Assembly: GCA_951406725.2 (NCBI GenBank)
Contig: OX597816.1
Coordinates: 100,874,001 to 100,938,000 of the forward strand
Source of the DNA: Octopus vulgaris
Taxonomy: Eukaryota
DNA length: 64,000 bases
Reading direction: 5' to 3'
The notes under the pieces were generated by a model. It was not told the origin of the DNA. It did not search any database and saw only the letters and a list, made by a program, of their open reading frames with translations. Of this stretch, positions 30,725-44,045 are shown in pieces (the first letter of the stretch is position 1; each line of letters begins with the position of its first letter). Made by a program: the position numbers and the translations under genes.

Positions 30725-30727
<3 letters not shown>
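30301..30727. mobile_element. ~330-nt HHR-like repeat unit plus an inverted end-to-start junction fragment
   Basis: The reverse complement of 30603-30727 contains the unit end (30570-30604) joined to the unit start (30301-30340). HHR-like motif on minus at 30419-30463. Confidence 0.7.
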
Positions 30728-30757
<30 letters not shown>

Positions 30758-31019
30758 AAATGAAAAGGCAAACTGTTTGGGGAAGACTTGACAAGGACAT
30801 CTAATTTAGCTATATAATAGTATAGTATAAAAAAAAGGTTTATATAGTCTCTAACAGCTTTTTGTAGAATATCCCGGCTACTGGAACATCGTGCCGAGTG
30901 AAGATTCTCATAGGCCGAGTTTACCGTCATTGGAGAGGGGTAGGTTAAACATAAGTAAAAGTGGAAGAATACTTCTCATATTCCAGAGTCACCCTGACAA
31001 AACTCCTTCCGTCTTTTAT

Positions 31020-31077
<58 letters not shown>

Positions 31078-31656
31078 ATATATATATAAAGACAAATGTA
31101 AACCTCTACGAGTTTCATGCTCCGATAGAACCGGAATTGTGAGCCTGAAAGTTTGCAGGATATACAAGCCCATCCGACTAATGTATTATCGGCGTATGAA
31201 ACAAATAGTGGCTCACATTTAAATCTTTTGTTTATCAAATGATATTCATCTCTCGTTGAATGGAATGCTTTTGTGTTGATCCTACCAATAACGGAATAGC
31301 ACAGCCTTCAAGTCTATGTTTATTTAGACCAAAAGTTAACAGCTTATTCTGAGTTCCGGCCTAGGTTGGGATGTTCACGCTTGTTGAGTAGATTAAATTG
31401 TTTGTAGTTTATATAAGGATGTGTTGACCTTGGCTAGGCGTATGTAGTCGCTGTTACATGTGTCGTTGAAAACTTATTTAAAGATGCGGTGACTAATGGA
31501 AGAGAAGTGTTAGAGTGTGTGTAAGTATGAATGGGTTGGCACAATATTTAATCCTACTCATGTTTGCATGATCAATGGATTTATTTGAAATTATAAAACG
31601 AAAGTTAGATTACCGACGATGAACTTCGTTATGGATTGAATGACAGAGTTTAATTG

Positions 31657-31779
<123 letters not shown>

Positions 31780-32658
31780 GTATATATATATATATGCACA
31801 CACATATAATTCATAAAATAAGAAGGAAAGCTATCAGTTGCCTGTGAATGCAGTTTTCACCTCACCACCTCACTGATGTTCCTCCAACGTTAAGGCCGCT
31901 GAGTTAGGCTGATAAAGTCATGCATAAATTTCGTCAAACATATTGCTGTCAGAATTCAAAGAGCCAGAACATATACTGTAAAGTATTTTAATCCACCCAC
32001 TAACAGTTCTGCCAATCCCACAACCATGTATTGAAGCTCTTTTATCGTCCTCGAAAGGATGACAGATAACACTAATGGTGGCAGAGCTTGAACTAAAAAA
32101 ACACAAAATACATACATACATACATGCATACATACATACATTGATACATAGATACATACATACAAACACACACCGGCTTAACAACCCTCACCGTTTGTTT
32201 TTACTGCCTTGTTCTTACTGTTCTGTTTTTGTTACCACTTTCTACTTCCGCAAAAAATCACAAATTTTATTTAATTTGCATTTGGGGAAGGATTGTTTTA
32301 CAAGCGCTGCGAAGTAGTCTTTCGAGCACTTTAACGACTTGACCAATTCGCCGCCTAAAACATCCGAATATAAATGCATTTTGACATGTAGCTAGCTCGA
32401 TAGGTGTGTGTATGTATGCATGTATACACAAACACACACACACACAGATGGATAAACAGACAGACAAACAGATAGAATGATAGATAGATAGATAACATTT
32501 GTTATTCTACACGGTAGGAATATTGAAATAAGTTTTTATTCTTAAATTTTAAAAACCGGTTTCAGATTTCTCTGATTTTCATAAGTTGAGATAGAAAAAC
32601 GAGGCGCTATGCTGCAACTGTTTTGCAGCATATAGTTATGTATATGTACACACACACA

Positions 32659-32734
<76 letters not shown>

Positions 32735-33333
32735 ACTATATAAGACGTTGACTCAGCTCCCTGCAACAGAAAGTTCCGCAGGCTCATAGAACAAAACCAG
32801 CTCGTCGGGCATCTGGAAATCAAGCGACAGAATATACGACGAATTCAAGATGGTTTCTAAATGTTAGGTCCTTATTTGTCAACACAGATCACATAATCTT
32901 ATTGGTCTGGAAGTGACATTAATTCTTTTCTTTGTTCTTAGGTTCACGTGGTCGGATAGGATGTTGCTAGGTACATGTCGCTGTTATATTTGGTTTATTT
33001 AGCGACATCAGTTCGGTACTTCCGTGCGAATAATCAGATTTGGTGGCGCTGGATTAAAATTTGGTGGTTCTAGGGTGAATTTTCAGCATGGATGAGGCTA
33101 TAGTTTACCCGGGCGACAAGGGTTTAAGTACCGTGTTCTTGAGCCAGGAGCAGGCAAGCCTAATGTGATATATCTGCATTGTAGGTTGCTAGTGGATGAA
33201 GTTCATTCTTCTTTTTTAAATATATATAATGCATAAACAGAGCCTGATAGATTGCTTAGAGATACATGGAGTATTTTATAAATATGCCTAGTATCATAAA
33301 AACACGAAACTAAGAGTAGCTCTTTCGGCTGTG

Positions 33334-33395
<62 letters not shown>

Positions 33396-33545
33396 ATTCA
33401 TAAATAAGGGCAAGCGAAAAAATTTCTAATGCCAAATATGCCGAAAAATTGAACATATTGTCGATTAACCATATAATTTTTTCACAATATGCACGCTACT
33501 CGAAGAAAGGTCGACAGAAATTTCTAAAAAATTCCATTATTACCA

Positions 33546-33598
33546 TATCGGACCGATTTCAGGGTTAGCTTATAACAGCCCTCCCTTCGTCAGTGATA
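33546..33598 (-). ncRNA. Near-intact type-I hammerhead
   Basis: Minus: tatca CTGACGA aggg agggctgttataagctaa ccct GAAA tcgg TC cgata. Confidence 0.75.
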
Positions 33599-33821
33599 CA
33601 TGTGGCAAAAGAAATAAATGAGATACTTACTTATACCCATGAAAGAAGCAAACACTAAGTCATGAGCACAATTAAGTACCCCAAATACATCCAAAATAGA
33701 AATACTCCAGCCCATGAATTGTTTATGAATTTAACCTTTAAAGGTATTTTTTAATATGCTGGCCATTGATAAAAGTTTTTTTGGAAAAGAATTTTTTTCG
33801 AAAAAATTTTTATCCTACATT

Positions 33822-33874
<53 letters not shown>

Positions 33875-34407
33875 CATGTTTTTGTGAGCTGTCATACCTG
33901 TAACACCATATCTTCTTTGCTCTCTGTGTACGTTTGCTCTGTTAATATATAAATATCTATATATTTATACTTGAAAAATCACCGTCTGAAAATTCCCATA
34001 GTGCTCTGCAATTTTCACTTCCTCTAATCGCCATTTTGAATGACACCCTTATTCTATCAAAAGAGGATATGTATCTCTATTTTTCACATAATTTTCCACA
34101 TTTAATCACAGACATCTTTATTTTGATGTATAATTCCATATTTTATATTTGACATTCTACACTTGACTTTATAAGTTCGATATATGTATACTAATTCATA
34201 TATATAATTTATGATTTTTAATTTATAATTTTTAATTCTTAATTTTGTAAAGTTGAATTTAAAAAATTTTTAATTTTAATTTTAATGATTAATTAACGCT
34301 TAATTTTAAGGTGATGTAAAATTAGGGTAACAATATTTTGAAGAACCTGAAGATGTGTTGGTAGAATTGTAAATCTAATGATTACACACACACACATATA
34401 TATATAT

Positions 34408-34494
<87 letters not shown>

Positions 34495-34663
34495 CATATA
34501 TATAAATTAGAAAAAACACCTTTTATCAATTCAATCATGAAAAATTAAATTATACCATTTAGAAAAATTTTTATATTATAGAAAGATTAAATATAAGATA
34601 AAAGATATAACAATGATTAAGTAATGTGCAAAATAGTAAATAAAACGTATATATTTGGTAGAA

Positions 34664-34758
34664 TAACGACACGTGTTTTGTGGCTATATTTAAGAAATGA
34701 TAATAGTAATAATAATAGTAAAATCACTTCAATATAAATATAGTCACTCTTCAGGTTA
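34664..34758 (-). ncRNA. Type-I hammerhead related to the 26.3/28.2-kb family, GAAA decayed to AAAA
   Basis: Minus: taac CTGAAGA gtgactatattt...aaatatagccac AAAA cacgtg TC gtta. Confidence 0.7.
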
Positions 34759-35521
34759 AAGATAAAGTAATTAATTAGATAAATTAATAAATATACGTAA
34801 ATAATCTTGTAAAATACGAAATATCTTAACAAATATATTCTTGTTTAAATATGATATAATATATATATATATATATATATATAATACAAAATATACATTA
34901 AGTGAAAACTAAATACTATAATTTAATCTCTATACATTAAATTAAATTATTAATTAACTAATTTATTTAATAAACATCTAAATAAAATCTTATACTCATT
35001 AAGTAATTTATATTAAAAACCTTAATGTTAAGTAATATATATAATGCTATTACAAGCTATAAATATTAGAATTGATAATAGGAAATGGTTTAAATATATA
35101 CAATCTTCCAATACTGAAACACGAGTAGTTCCTTCATAATGATAATTTTAACTTAAGTAGGAGATAATTAAGGAAGTATATTTTATACCCTGCTCGTGTA
35201 CTGGTTTTATCCTTAAAGTATTATTTCTTGATGTGCATACACATGCCACGAGTTTACCTTCAGATATACGCGTTATGTTATTTTTTGCATAATCTGAAAT
35301 AGAATACCCACATATCTATTAATCCTCCAAACTGAATTATTATTAATTTCTCTTATATATTTTGTACATTTCTAGATAAATATATATAAATATATTATAA
35401 TCAAGACCCCACTGCACGATCTGAAGATGCATGTAATGCTAAAGGGTTGTACCTGATTGATTTGGAAATTCATTTTCTCATATCATTCAAATTATACATA
35501 TATACACAAAATATATATATA

Positions 35522-35688
35522 GGCGTAGGAGTGGCTGTGTGGTAAGTAGCTTGCTTACCAACCACATGGTTCCGGGTTCAGTCCCACTGCGTAGCACCTT
35601 GGGCAAGTGTCTTCTACTATAGCCTCGGGCCAACTAAAGCCTTGTGAGTGGATTTGGTAGACGGAAACTGAAAGAAGCCCGTCGTATA

Positions 35689-35741
<53 letters not shown>

Positions 35742-35960
35742 CTGTGTGTGTCTGTGTTTGTCCCCCCAACATCGCTTGACAACCGATGCTGGTGTGTTTA
35801 CGTCTCCGTAACTTAGCAGTTCAGCAAAAGAGACTGATAGAATAAGTACTAGGCTTACAAAGAATAAGTCCTGGGGTCGATTTACTCGACTAAAGGCGGT
35901 GCTCCATCATGGCCACAGTCAAATGACTGAAACCAGTAAAAGAGTAAAAGAGAGTAAGAG
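35522..35960 (+). mobile_element. Full-length tRNA-derived SINE family A with internal TA/TG microsatellite
   Basis: A box tggctgtgtgg, B box gggttcagtccc, conserved body, (taaaagag)n tail. At least five copies in the window. Confidence 0.9.
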
Positions 35961-36032
35961 TTTATATATAAATATAATTCAAAACTTTTATTGGCTAAAC
36001 TGGCAAAATGACCATTCCGAAATATAACAATA

Positions 36033-36068
<36 letters not shown>

Positions 36069-36190
36069 TGTATGTATGTATGTATGTATGTATGTATGTA
36101 TGTATGTATGTATGTATGTATGTATGTATGCATGTATGTATGTATGTATGTATGTGTGTGTATGTATGTATGTATGTATGTATGTATTTA

Positions 36191-36231
<41 letters not shown>

Positions 36232-36408
36232 ATATTATTATTAATATCAGGAAATCAATATTAGAAAATTCTTCAGAAAGATATATAACGTGTGTAAAAT
36301 AATTGCTGTATTAAAAATATGAATATATATAAATATATGTAAATATGCATAAGTATAAATATATAATGTATATGACAGTTTTAAAGGTTTGAATTAAGCT
36401 TTTAAAGC

Positions 36409-36498
36409 ATCTTACGATCGTTTCGCAGCAGTGCTGTCCCTATAATAGAATCCTACATTGATAAGCATTTATAGACAACTCTTCTGCTCTTCAGAGAT
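36409..36498 (-). ncRNA. Intact-core type-I hammerhead ribozyme
   Basis: Minus: atct CTGAAGA gcag...ctgc GAAA cgatcg TA agat. All core bases are present and stems I and II pair. Confidence 0.85.
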
Positions 36499-36770
36499 AT
36501 AAAATTTGAATTTGTATAATATATCGAATGGTAGTTTTTTTTTTAAATATGAAGTAATACTATAAAATGGTGCTTGTTTGAAATATAAAATAAAAATTAA
36601 AAATTACTGCTTTTGATTTTGGTAAGTACACTTTAGTATGAGAATCTTTAAATCTATATATACTTCCTTGGTTAGTCTTCTGTAATAATCCATAATAGTT
36701 ATGTGTAAAATCCATGATATCCTCTTGTATTCCAAATATAGTTCATAGACGTAGATAATATAGAATAATG

Positions 36771-36900
36771 GAATCCTATATTGATAAGCATTTATAGATA
36801 ACTCTTCTTCTCTTCAGTAATATGAAAGGTGAAGTTTGTATAATTTAACGAATGGTAGTGTTTTTTAAAAATTATGAAGTAATATGGGAAAATGGTGTTT
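36771..36900 (-). repeat. Partial tandem copy of 36448-36575 (5' half of the HHR unit)
   Basis: gaatccta-attgataagcatttataga-aactcttct-ctcttcag...cgaatggtagt...aaaatggtg is repeated about 323 bp downstream. Confidence 0.85.
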
Positions 36901-37936
36901 CTCTATGCACCTACTTTGACCAGTTGTGATGAAGATAATACTATTTTTTTATATTCAGCTGAAAGCCATACTTAGGAAATTCCCCAATTCTGATAAAGTC
37001 ATTCTACTGGGGGATCTCAATGCCAGGATTGGAACAGACTGGCAAACATGGAACTCTAGGACGTTTTGGAGTTGGGAAAATGAATAGCATTGGTCTTATG
37101 CTGCGGGAACTTTGCGATGCATCCAAGGTCTAAAGTTTAGTACTTGCTGGATTATGTCATCATCTGCAAGCGTGACATCTGTGACATTTGTAATGTCAAG
37201 TCCTTTCATGGATCGGAATGCTGGACAGACCACCATCAGGTGCAAGCAAAGCTTCGGATGATGATTAGAGTGAGAGAGAAGAGGGCTAGTCGGCATTCCT
37301 CGGCGTTTGAATGTCCACAAGATATATGATGCTGTGTTGAGGAAAGAGCTTCGGACATGCTTGTCTAGCATTGAAAATACTGCAGCATGGGAAGATTTTC
37401 GAGACTAGGTTCTTCAATGTACTGCTGAAACACTGGGATATGCTACTGCTAGACACAGAGACTGGTTTGATGAAAATGATGCTGAAGTTCAACGACTATT
37501 GGCTGTAAAGCGCAATGTCCACAATGCATTGCTATAGAGAGGACTTTCCGCTGTGCAGTGAAATCTAGCACTTGCCTACAATAGCCGTGTAAAATCACTA
37601 CTGCAGCGATCTCTCAGGAAGATGTAGAACACTTGGTGGGAGGATCTTGCAAGAACGGCTGAGTGTGCTGCCCAAGCAGGTTGCGGAAGGGGTCGACACT
37701 TTTGAGGGAGCACGTATTCTGCATGAATGATTTAAGCGTGATGCTCGAAAGCACACTGCTGGTGTAGTGAATGGGGAAAGCTTAGCCTGCAATGCTTGCA
37801 GTCGTGTATGCTTATCATGAGCAGGGCTTATTAACCACCAACTGGGCCGCAAATCCAAAATATAAGTTAGTCCTAAAGCGCACAATGTTCCTGAAGGTCA
37901 GCAATGGTCTTCCTCGGTCACGAGTGGACTGCCATT
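36900..37936 (+). mobile_element. Internally deleted RTE-clade LINE with (TATG)n tail
   Basis: YAPTLT, VILLGDLNARIG, LLDYVII and CWTDHH (APE endonuclease). RT is absent; the 3' end runs into (TATG)n. Confidence 0.85.
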
Positions 37937-37989
37937 ATGTATGTATGTATGTATGTATGTATGTATGTATGTATGTATGAATTATGTAT

Positions 37990-38695
37990 TCATGTATTTT
38001 ACTTTGAATTTAATTTAAGGTCTTGAGAGAGTTCAAGCCGATTGCTAACAAAGCAACAAAACTTTTTGAGTTAAGAGAGTTCCCGGTGTTTGTGAATATG
38101 TGGTTGAGTTGGTATGTTGGTTAAACAGTTGATGCATATACATAAGTATGTGTATCTATTAACATAAGAATTTCACATGGAGAATTTCTGGAATGTCTTA
38201 CAGAACTTCACTGTGCCACCAATAGATTGGATTTGGAGAATTTGCATCTATGTTTTTTGCTCTTCTTCCAAGTTTTTCTAGGTTATTCTGCAAATTTGTT
38301 GGTACATGATCTAATGCATCAATAATGATGAGTACAAACGAGATTTTCATAATCAGAATACAAGACCTTTAAATCCCGCCTTAATTCGCCATAAATGTTC
38401 TCTTTTTTTCTGGCCATTTGATCGTACATTCACGTCTGCTGGGCGGCTGAACTCTACAACTGTGCATGACTTCCGTTCCCTATCCCATAGAACAATATCA
38501 GGTCTGTTAGCTCCGAATTGATATTTTTATTGGTGTGTTCCACCAGTATTCCTTGTTTTTAAAGGTGTGAATATCTGCTGGTTCCGACATGCCCTTGATT
38601 TATACGCCAGGGCAGTTCTTCCTACGGATAGCATTGCAAATAGTCCTTGCAACAATATCATACCTCGTAGACATTTTGGGGCAGATGCTGATGTG
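37990..38695 (-). mobile_element. 3' fragment of an RLE-endonuclease non-LTR retrotransposon (R4/NeSL-like)
   Basis: Minus: HISICPKMSTRYDIVARTICNAIRR, EYWWNTPIK, NRPDIVLWDRERKSCTVVEFSRPAD, FVLIIIDALDHVP, GTVKFCKTF, stop at about 38173. Confidence 0.85.
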
Positions 38696-38880
38696 TATCT
38701 ATGTATGTATGTATGTATGTATACATGAAGGTGTAAAGGTGTCACATTAGTGGGTAGTTTTTGGAGCCTAACCGGGGTACCGCTACAAGATTTAATATAC
38801 GAATGCGAGTGTTTATGTGTGCACTTGATCTTTTGTTATATCTATGCACATGTAACTCATTTCAAAGAGAAACACTCGCG

Positions 38881-38944
<64 letters not shown>

Positions 38945-39100
38945 CAAGTGTATAATATGTATACACATATATACGTGTGTGTGCATGTGTGTATGAATAT
39001 GTATGTTCATGTAATTACATTTAGACAGTTATACACGTATAATCCATAATAAAATATATTGTATATATGTATGTTTCTGTCTACACACACACAAACATAC

Positions 39101-39196
<96 letters not shown>

Positions 39197-39210
39197 CATA
39201 CATACATATA

Positions 39211-39248
<38 letters not shown>

Positions 39249-39790
39249 AGACATGCATACATATATACAATATATTTTATTAAGGACTATACATGTATAA
39301 CTGCCTAAATGCAATTACACACATGAACATACATATTCATACATTAAGAAATATACAGACTCAGACACACAAGCGTGTGTGATGAGCATGTAGTGTGCGA
39401 GGGGGAGAGGATGAGCGCACATGTGTGCGTACGTGCTTTCACATCTGTTTTAGCACATATGAGTAGGTGGTATTCTGGTAGGTAAGGCGCTCGAATATAA
39501 CTGAATTTAGCCTGAATCAAGCTTAGTAAGTTCCCTTTCTGGGTGAATGAAACCGGAGAGTATATTAGTAATTCCTCGGTTTTCAAAATTACATGCCTAC
39601 ATATAGAGAGTATATAGCAAAACATTTACATCTACTTACACTACAATAGGTAATGTATCTAAACCATTTTCCAGTTCTTTTTTTTTTTTTTACAGAACAG
39701 GATTATGTTTAGTCATTGAGGAGGGATCTTGCTGTTCCTCGGTTTATTTTATCTTCGTTTCCCTTTCTTGTTAAACCAACACACATACAC

Positions 39791-39847
<57 letters not shown>

Positions 39848-40152
39848 TCTGTGTACATACAAACACACACACACATGTATGACTTGTGGTGGGTGAGGGA
39901 TATTTCTATTTAGATTTTATTTTCACTAAATTATGTCTGCAGGTATCGTTTTTCCAAAGTGAATCGCATGAAGAGAGTTCCGTGTACAAACAGATGTCTA
40001 TGACGTCCTTATTAATTAGAAAGTAAGAAATCTACCATAGATTGTGAGGCGTTGGCTTTTTACAAGAGAACGATTCCAGAGAATCTCTCTCGCTCTCTCT
40101 CTCTCTCTTTCTCTTTCTCTCAGAGCATAAACGTGTACGTGTGTATACATAC

Positions 40153-40227
<75 letters not shown>

Positions 40228-41120
40228 TGTATGTATGTATGTATGTATGTATGTATGTAGAGAGAGAGAGAGAGAGAGACGAAGGAGAAGTGTTTATGTT
40301 GTAAGAGTATTGCCAATTGGTTTTCAGATTGCTAGAAATGGATTTTTAAGTAACGAGAGAAACGGTTTGAAGATTGTAGACTAATATAATATGTAACAGC
40401 AACAACATTTTTTTCTTTTCTTTCCTTCATTTTTTACTTCTTATTTTGAAAAATAAAGAAAAATCTTCTATAAAAATAACGTCATTTTTATTTTTATTTT
40501 AAACTCTTTTTTCCCTCCTTTTTGTAATATCAACATTTTGCGATTTCCAAAACACTCTGTCTAGTTTTATATATTTTGTTTTCTAATGCAAATTGTACAT
40601 AAATGTGCCAACATTAGTATAGTATAGAGTATAGTAATAGAGACGGGTGCATATGAACGCATACATGTATATGTATGCAATAGATTAGTCCAAAACTTCG
40701 ACATGTTGATTTTACTTTCCATCCTTCCAAAGAAGGTAAAATTAGTTTCATTCAAGTAGAGCTTGATACTCCGTTCGACTACATCATTATAGCATGGATA
40801 CAGTCCAGTGATTGTTACTAGTAAAAGATACCCATGTTCATAGGTTCGCTTATGTGTACAAATATGTTTATTTCTTTCATCCTTTTTTTCTGTCTTTCAC
40901 CTTTATATTTTTATATACAAGATTTTTCAAATGTTTTAATCAGTCAACGAAAGAAAAAGACAATACCCAATACGTTATTTATTAACTCATGCTTGATTTT
41001 GTCTCTTCTTTTCGTGACCCTTGCTTGCCTCTAAAGCTATCTTAAAGCAAGAATGCTTGAAGATCGTAATATTGTGAAACACAAGTCTCTAGAAAAGGAA
41101 TTCAATACATTCATGTGAAT

Positions 41121-41183
<63 letters not shown>

Positions 41184-41607
41184 TGTGTGTGTGTGAGTGT
41201 GTGAGTGTGTGTGTGTATGTGTGGGTCCGTCCGTCCTTAGTCGGGAGGGAAGGCACTGTGTTCATAATCATGATCCTTCGCAGTCTCTCTGGGGCAGATG
41301 GGAGGAAGGAAACTTTCAGCAGAGTGGACTCCGCCAAAGACACCCAATATGTCAGCTAGTGGTGTTACATATCAATCTCTCTCTCTCTCTTTCTCTCTCT
41401 CCTCATACATATGTGGGGTGTGTGTATACGATTGAGACTTTCTATGGAAAATGACGTGGTATAAACATTCGCCCTGCTTTCGCTTGTGGTTTGACTGTCC
41501 CAGCAGTAGCTAGACCGTCAGACATAAAATCTCGGTTCTCCCACTTTTGATGCAGTAAAACATGCAAGATGTGGCAGCTGGTAGGGAGAAGGTGTTACAA
41601 CATCATT

Positions 41608-41742
41608 CAACTGGTATTTTATTTATCGAATTCAATAGGTGAAAGCTGGAGTTGACCTTGCTGAGACGAACTCAGTGAGCAGAGAAGCGGAGCAAATACT
41701 GCAAAGCTTATATCCAACATTCTGATGACCCTACCAATTGAT
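41608..41742 (-). mobile_element. Old SINE family B copy
   Basis: Reverse-complement similarity to 63813-63950. Confidence 0.55.
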
Positions 41743-41860
41743 CTACACACACACAGAGTGATGGAAGCAAAAATTTTCTGCTCACGGCAGAGGTGGGACC
41801 CCTTTTCTAAATTTCACTTTCAGCCTCCGGAGCGCACCGCTAATTCCTAAGACTTATCCA

Positions 41861-41974
<114 letters not shown>

Positions 41975-41985
41975 CATATATATAT

Positions 41986-42032
<47 letters not shown>

Positions 42033-42061
42033 CATATATATACATATATATATACACACAC

Positions 42062-42092
<31 letters not shown>

Positions 42093-42093
42093 C

Positions 42094-42124
<31 letters not shown>

Positions 42125-42127
42125 CAT

Positions 42128-42175
<48 letters not shown>

Positions 42176-42558
42176 TTTGGTAACACTGCATTATGCTTTT
42201 TTTAATTCTTTTCTGGCTTCAGTATTTGGACTGCGGCCATACTGTAGAACCTTCAAGCTATTTTTTTACATGATAATATCAGATCAGTATTTTGTCGGCT
42301 TCATATTTCATTGTTTCCGTAACATGGCAAAAATGCCAAGTAAGCACTGGAGTAAAAGGCTATAGCAAACTGACCCAGATAATTCTTTCATAAAAAAATA
42401 CTACTGGGAATTCCAGTTCGATATATTCTTTTATTCTTTTATATGCTTCAGCCTTGATGCTGCGGCCATACTGGGGCACATCGTCAGAAGTTCGATTTGA
42501 GCCTGACGAGTCACCTATACTGCTAAACGCCATATGAACGGCCATAACTTTTAACTTC

Positions 42559-42675
<117 letters not shown>

Positions 42676-43543
42676 CCTTTGAGTTTTGGAGGGAATTTCT
42701 TTGATTTAATACCATAGAATATATATATATATATACATACATACATACATATGTACATATGCATATATATATATACAAATATATATATATATATGTAAAG
42801 TATATGTGCACACATATTTAGATATACATATATAACACATGTACATACTTAAAATCACACACACACAACCAACTCAATCTTCCGTCGACCAAATTGTCCA
42901 CCTAAAGCATTTTCAGCCAAGGTTTTACATGACCAATGTAAAATAACATTTATATTCATGAAATTTACAACTTCCATATTTACATTTGAATTTATACCAC
43001 AATTAAGCTATTTAAAATAACCAGCTCCCTAGAAAATATGTGAGAGTTCATAGATGTATTTATCTCTTAAACAAACTAAATAGATGAATGTATACTTAGT
43101 TACTCAATTATCTATAGTAAAATCTATATAATCAATTTTCTCTGATAGTTTCTATAGAGCCACTTTGCTCACAGTACATGCATACTCAGCTTTAAGAAAG
43201 GGTCAAAACAACTCACCAGTGCATTCTCTTTACGCTCAATTCTTTACAGTTGTGTTTGTATACTTAGCTCAAATGTTTATACTGTCCATGAACCACGAAT
43301 GAAAATAAATTTTTGTAAAAGCTTATATTCTTTTCTTTTATTTCTTTAAATTTTATTTATCTAGCATTGATGGGAATTAATTCAAATGGAGCAGCCTATT
43401 CCTGGATTGAAATAACACTTTTGTTCACGGATGGTCTTGAAAATTTGGCTTATAGTTGAACACCAACAGACAGGCTGTGTTTATATATACTGAAAATGTC
43501 ACTATAATCTTCACTATATAAACATAAGCTTTATATCAGTCGA

Positions 43544-43827
43544 ACATTTCGTCTAAATACGTATTCAAATTGCTAATAGGTTGGTGCATAATTATTGCGG
43601 CTTTTTTCAACAGATTTTATTCAACAAAAACAATAACGATATGTAACAAAAATATCTTTAAATGATTATTCCGGAGCATATTCACCATCTACTTCAAATA
43701 CTGCTTCCCATTTGGTGTTTTTGTTAAATATTGTTATTGTTTTTGTTGAATAAAATTTGTTGAAAAAAAGCCGCAATAATTATGCACCAACCCAATAGCA
43801 ATTTGAATACGTATTTAGACAAAATGT
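43544..43827. mobile_element. Fold-back of a mariner 3' end plus its flank
   Basis: TIR-like ggttggtgcataattattgcgg on both sides, with arms of about 110 bp. The spacer on minus encodes KWEAVFEVDGEYAPE* (mariner transposase C-terminus). Confidence 0.85.
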
Positions 43828-44045
43828 GCGGGGTTAAGTTTGATTAAATTTTCAAAATATTACCACAGGATTACAAAATCAAATAAGACAAGAAAAGAAA
43901 TTTATATCCATGCTGTTTGTCAGTCAAAGAAGGTTCAACTAGTTATGGCATAAAAAGAAAGTTAAATAAGATCATTCAAAAGTATTACAAAATATATTAG
44001 AACATTTACCATAACTTTGGTGATTTAGAGATGCTAACTCTGCCA

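Noticed and set aside
35418-35455. CTGAAGA tgcat gta atgc taaa motif; similar half-motifs at 34348 and 55916
   Set aside because: No GAAA/UH half in register.
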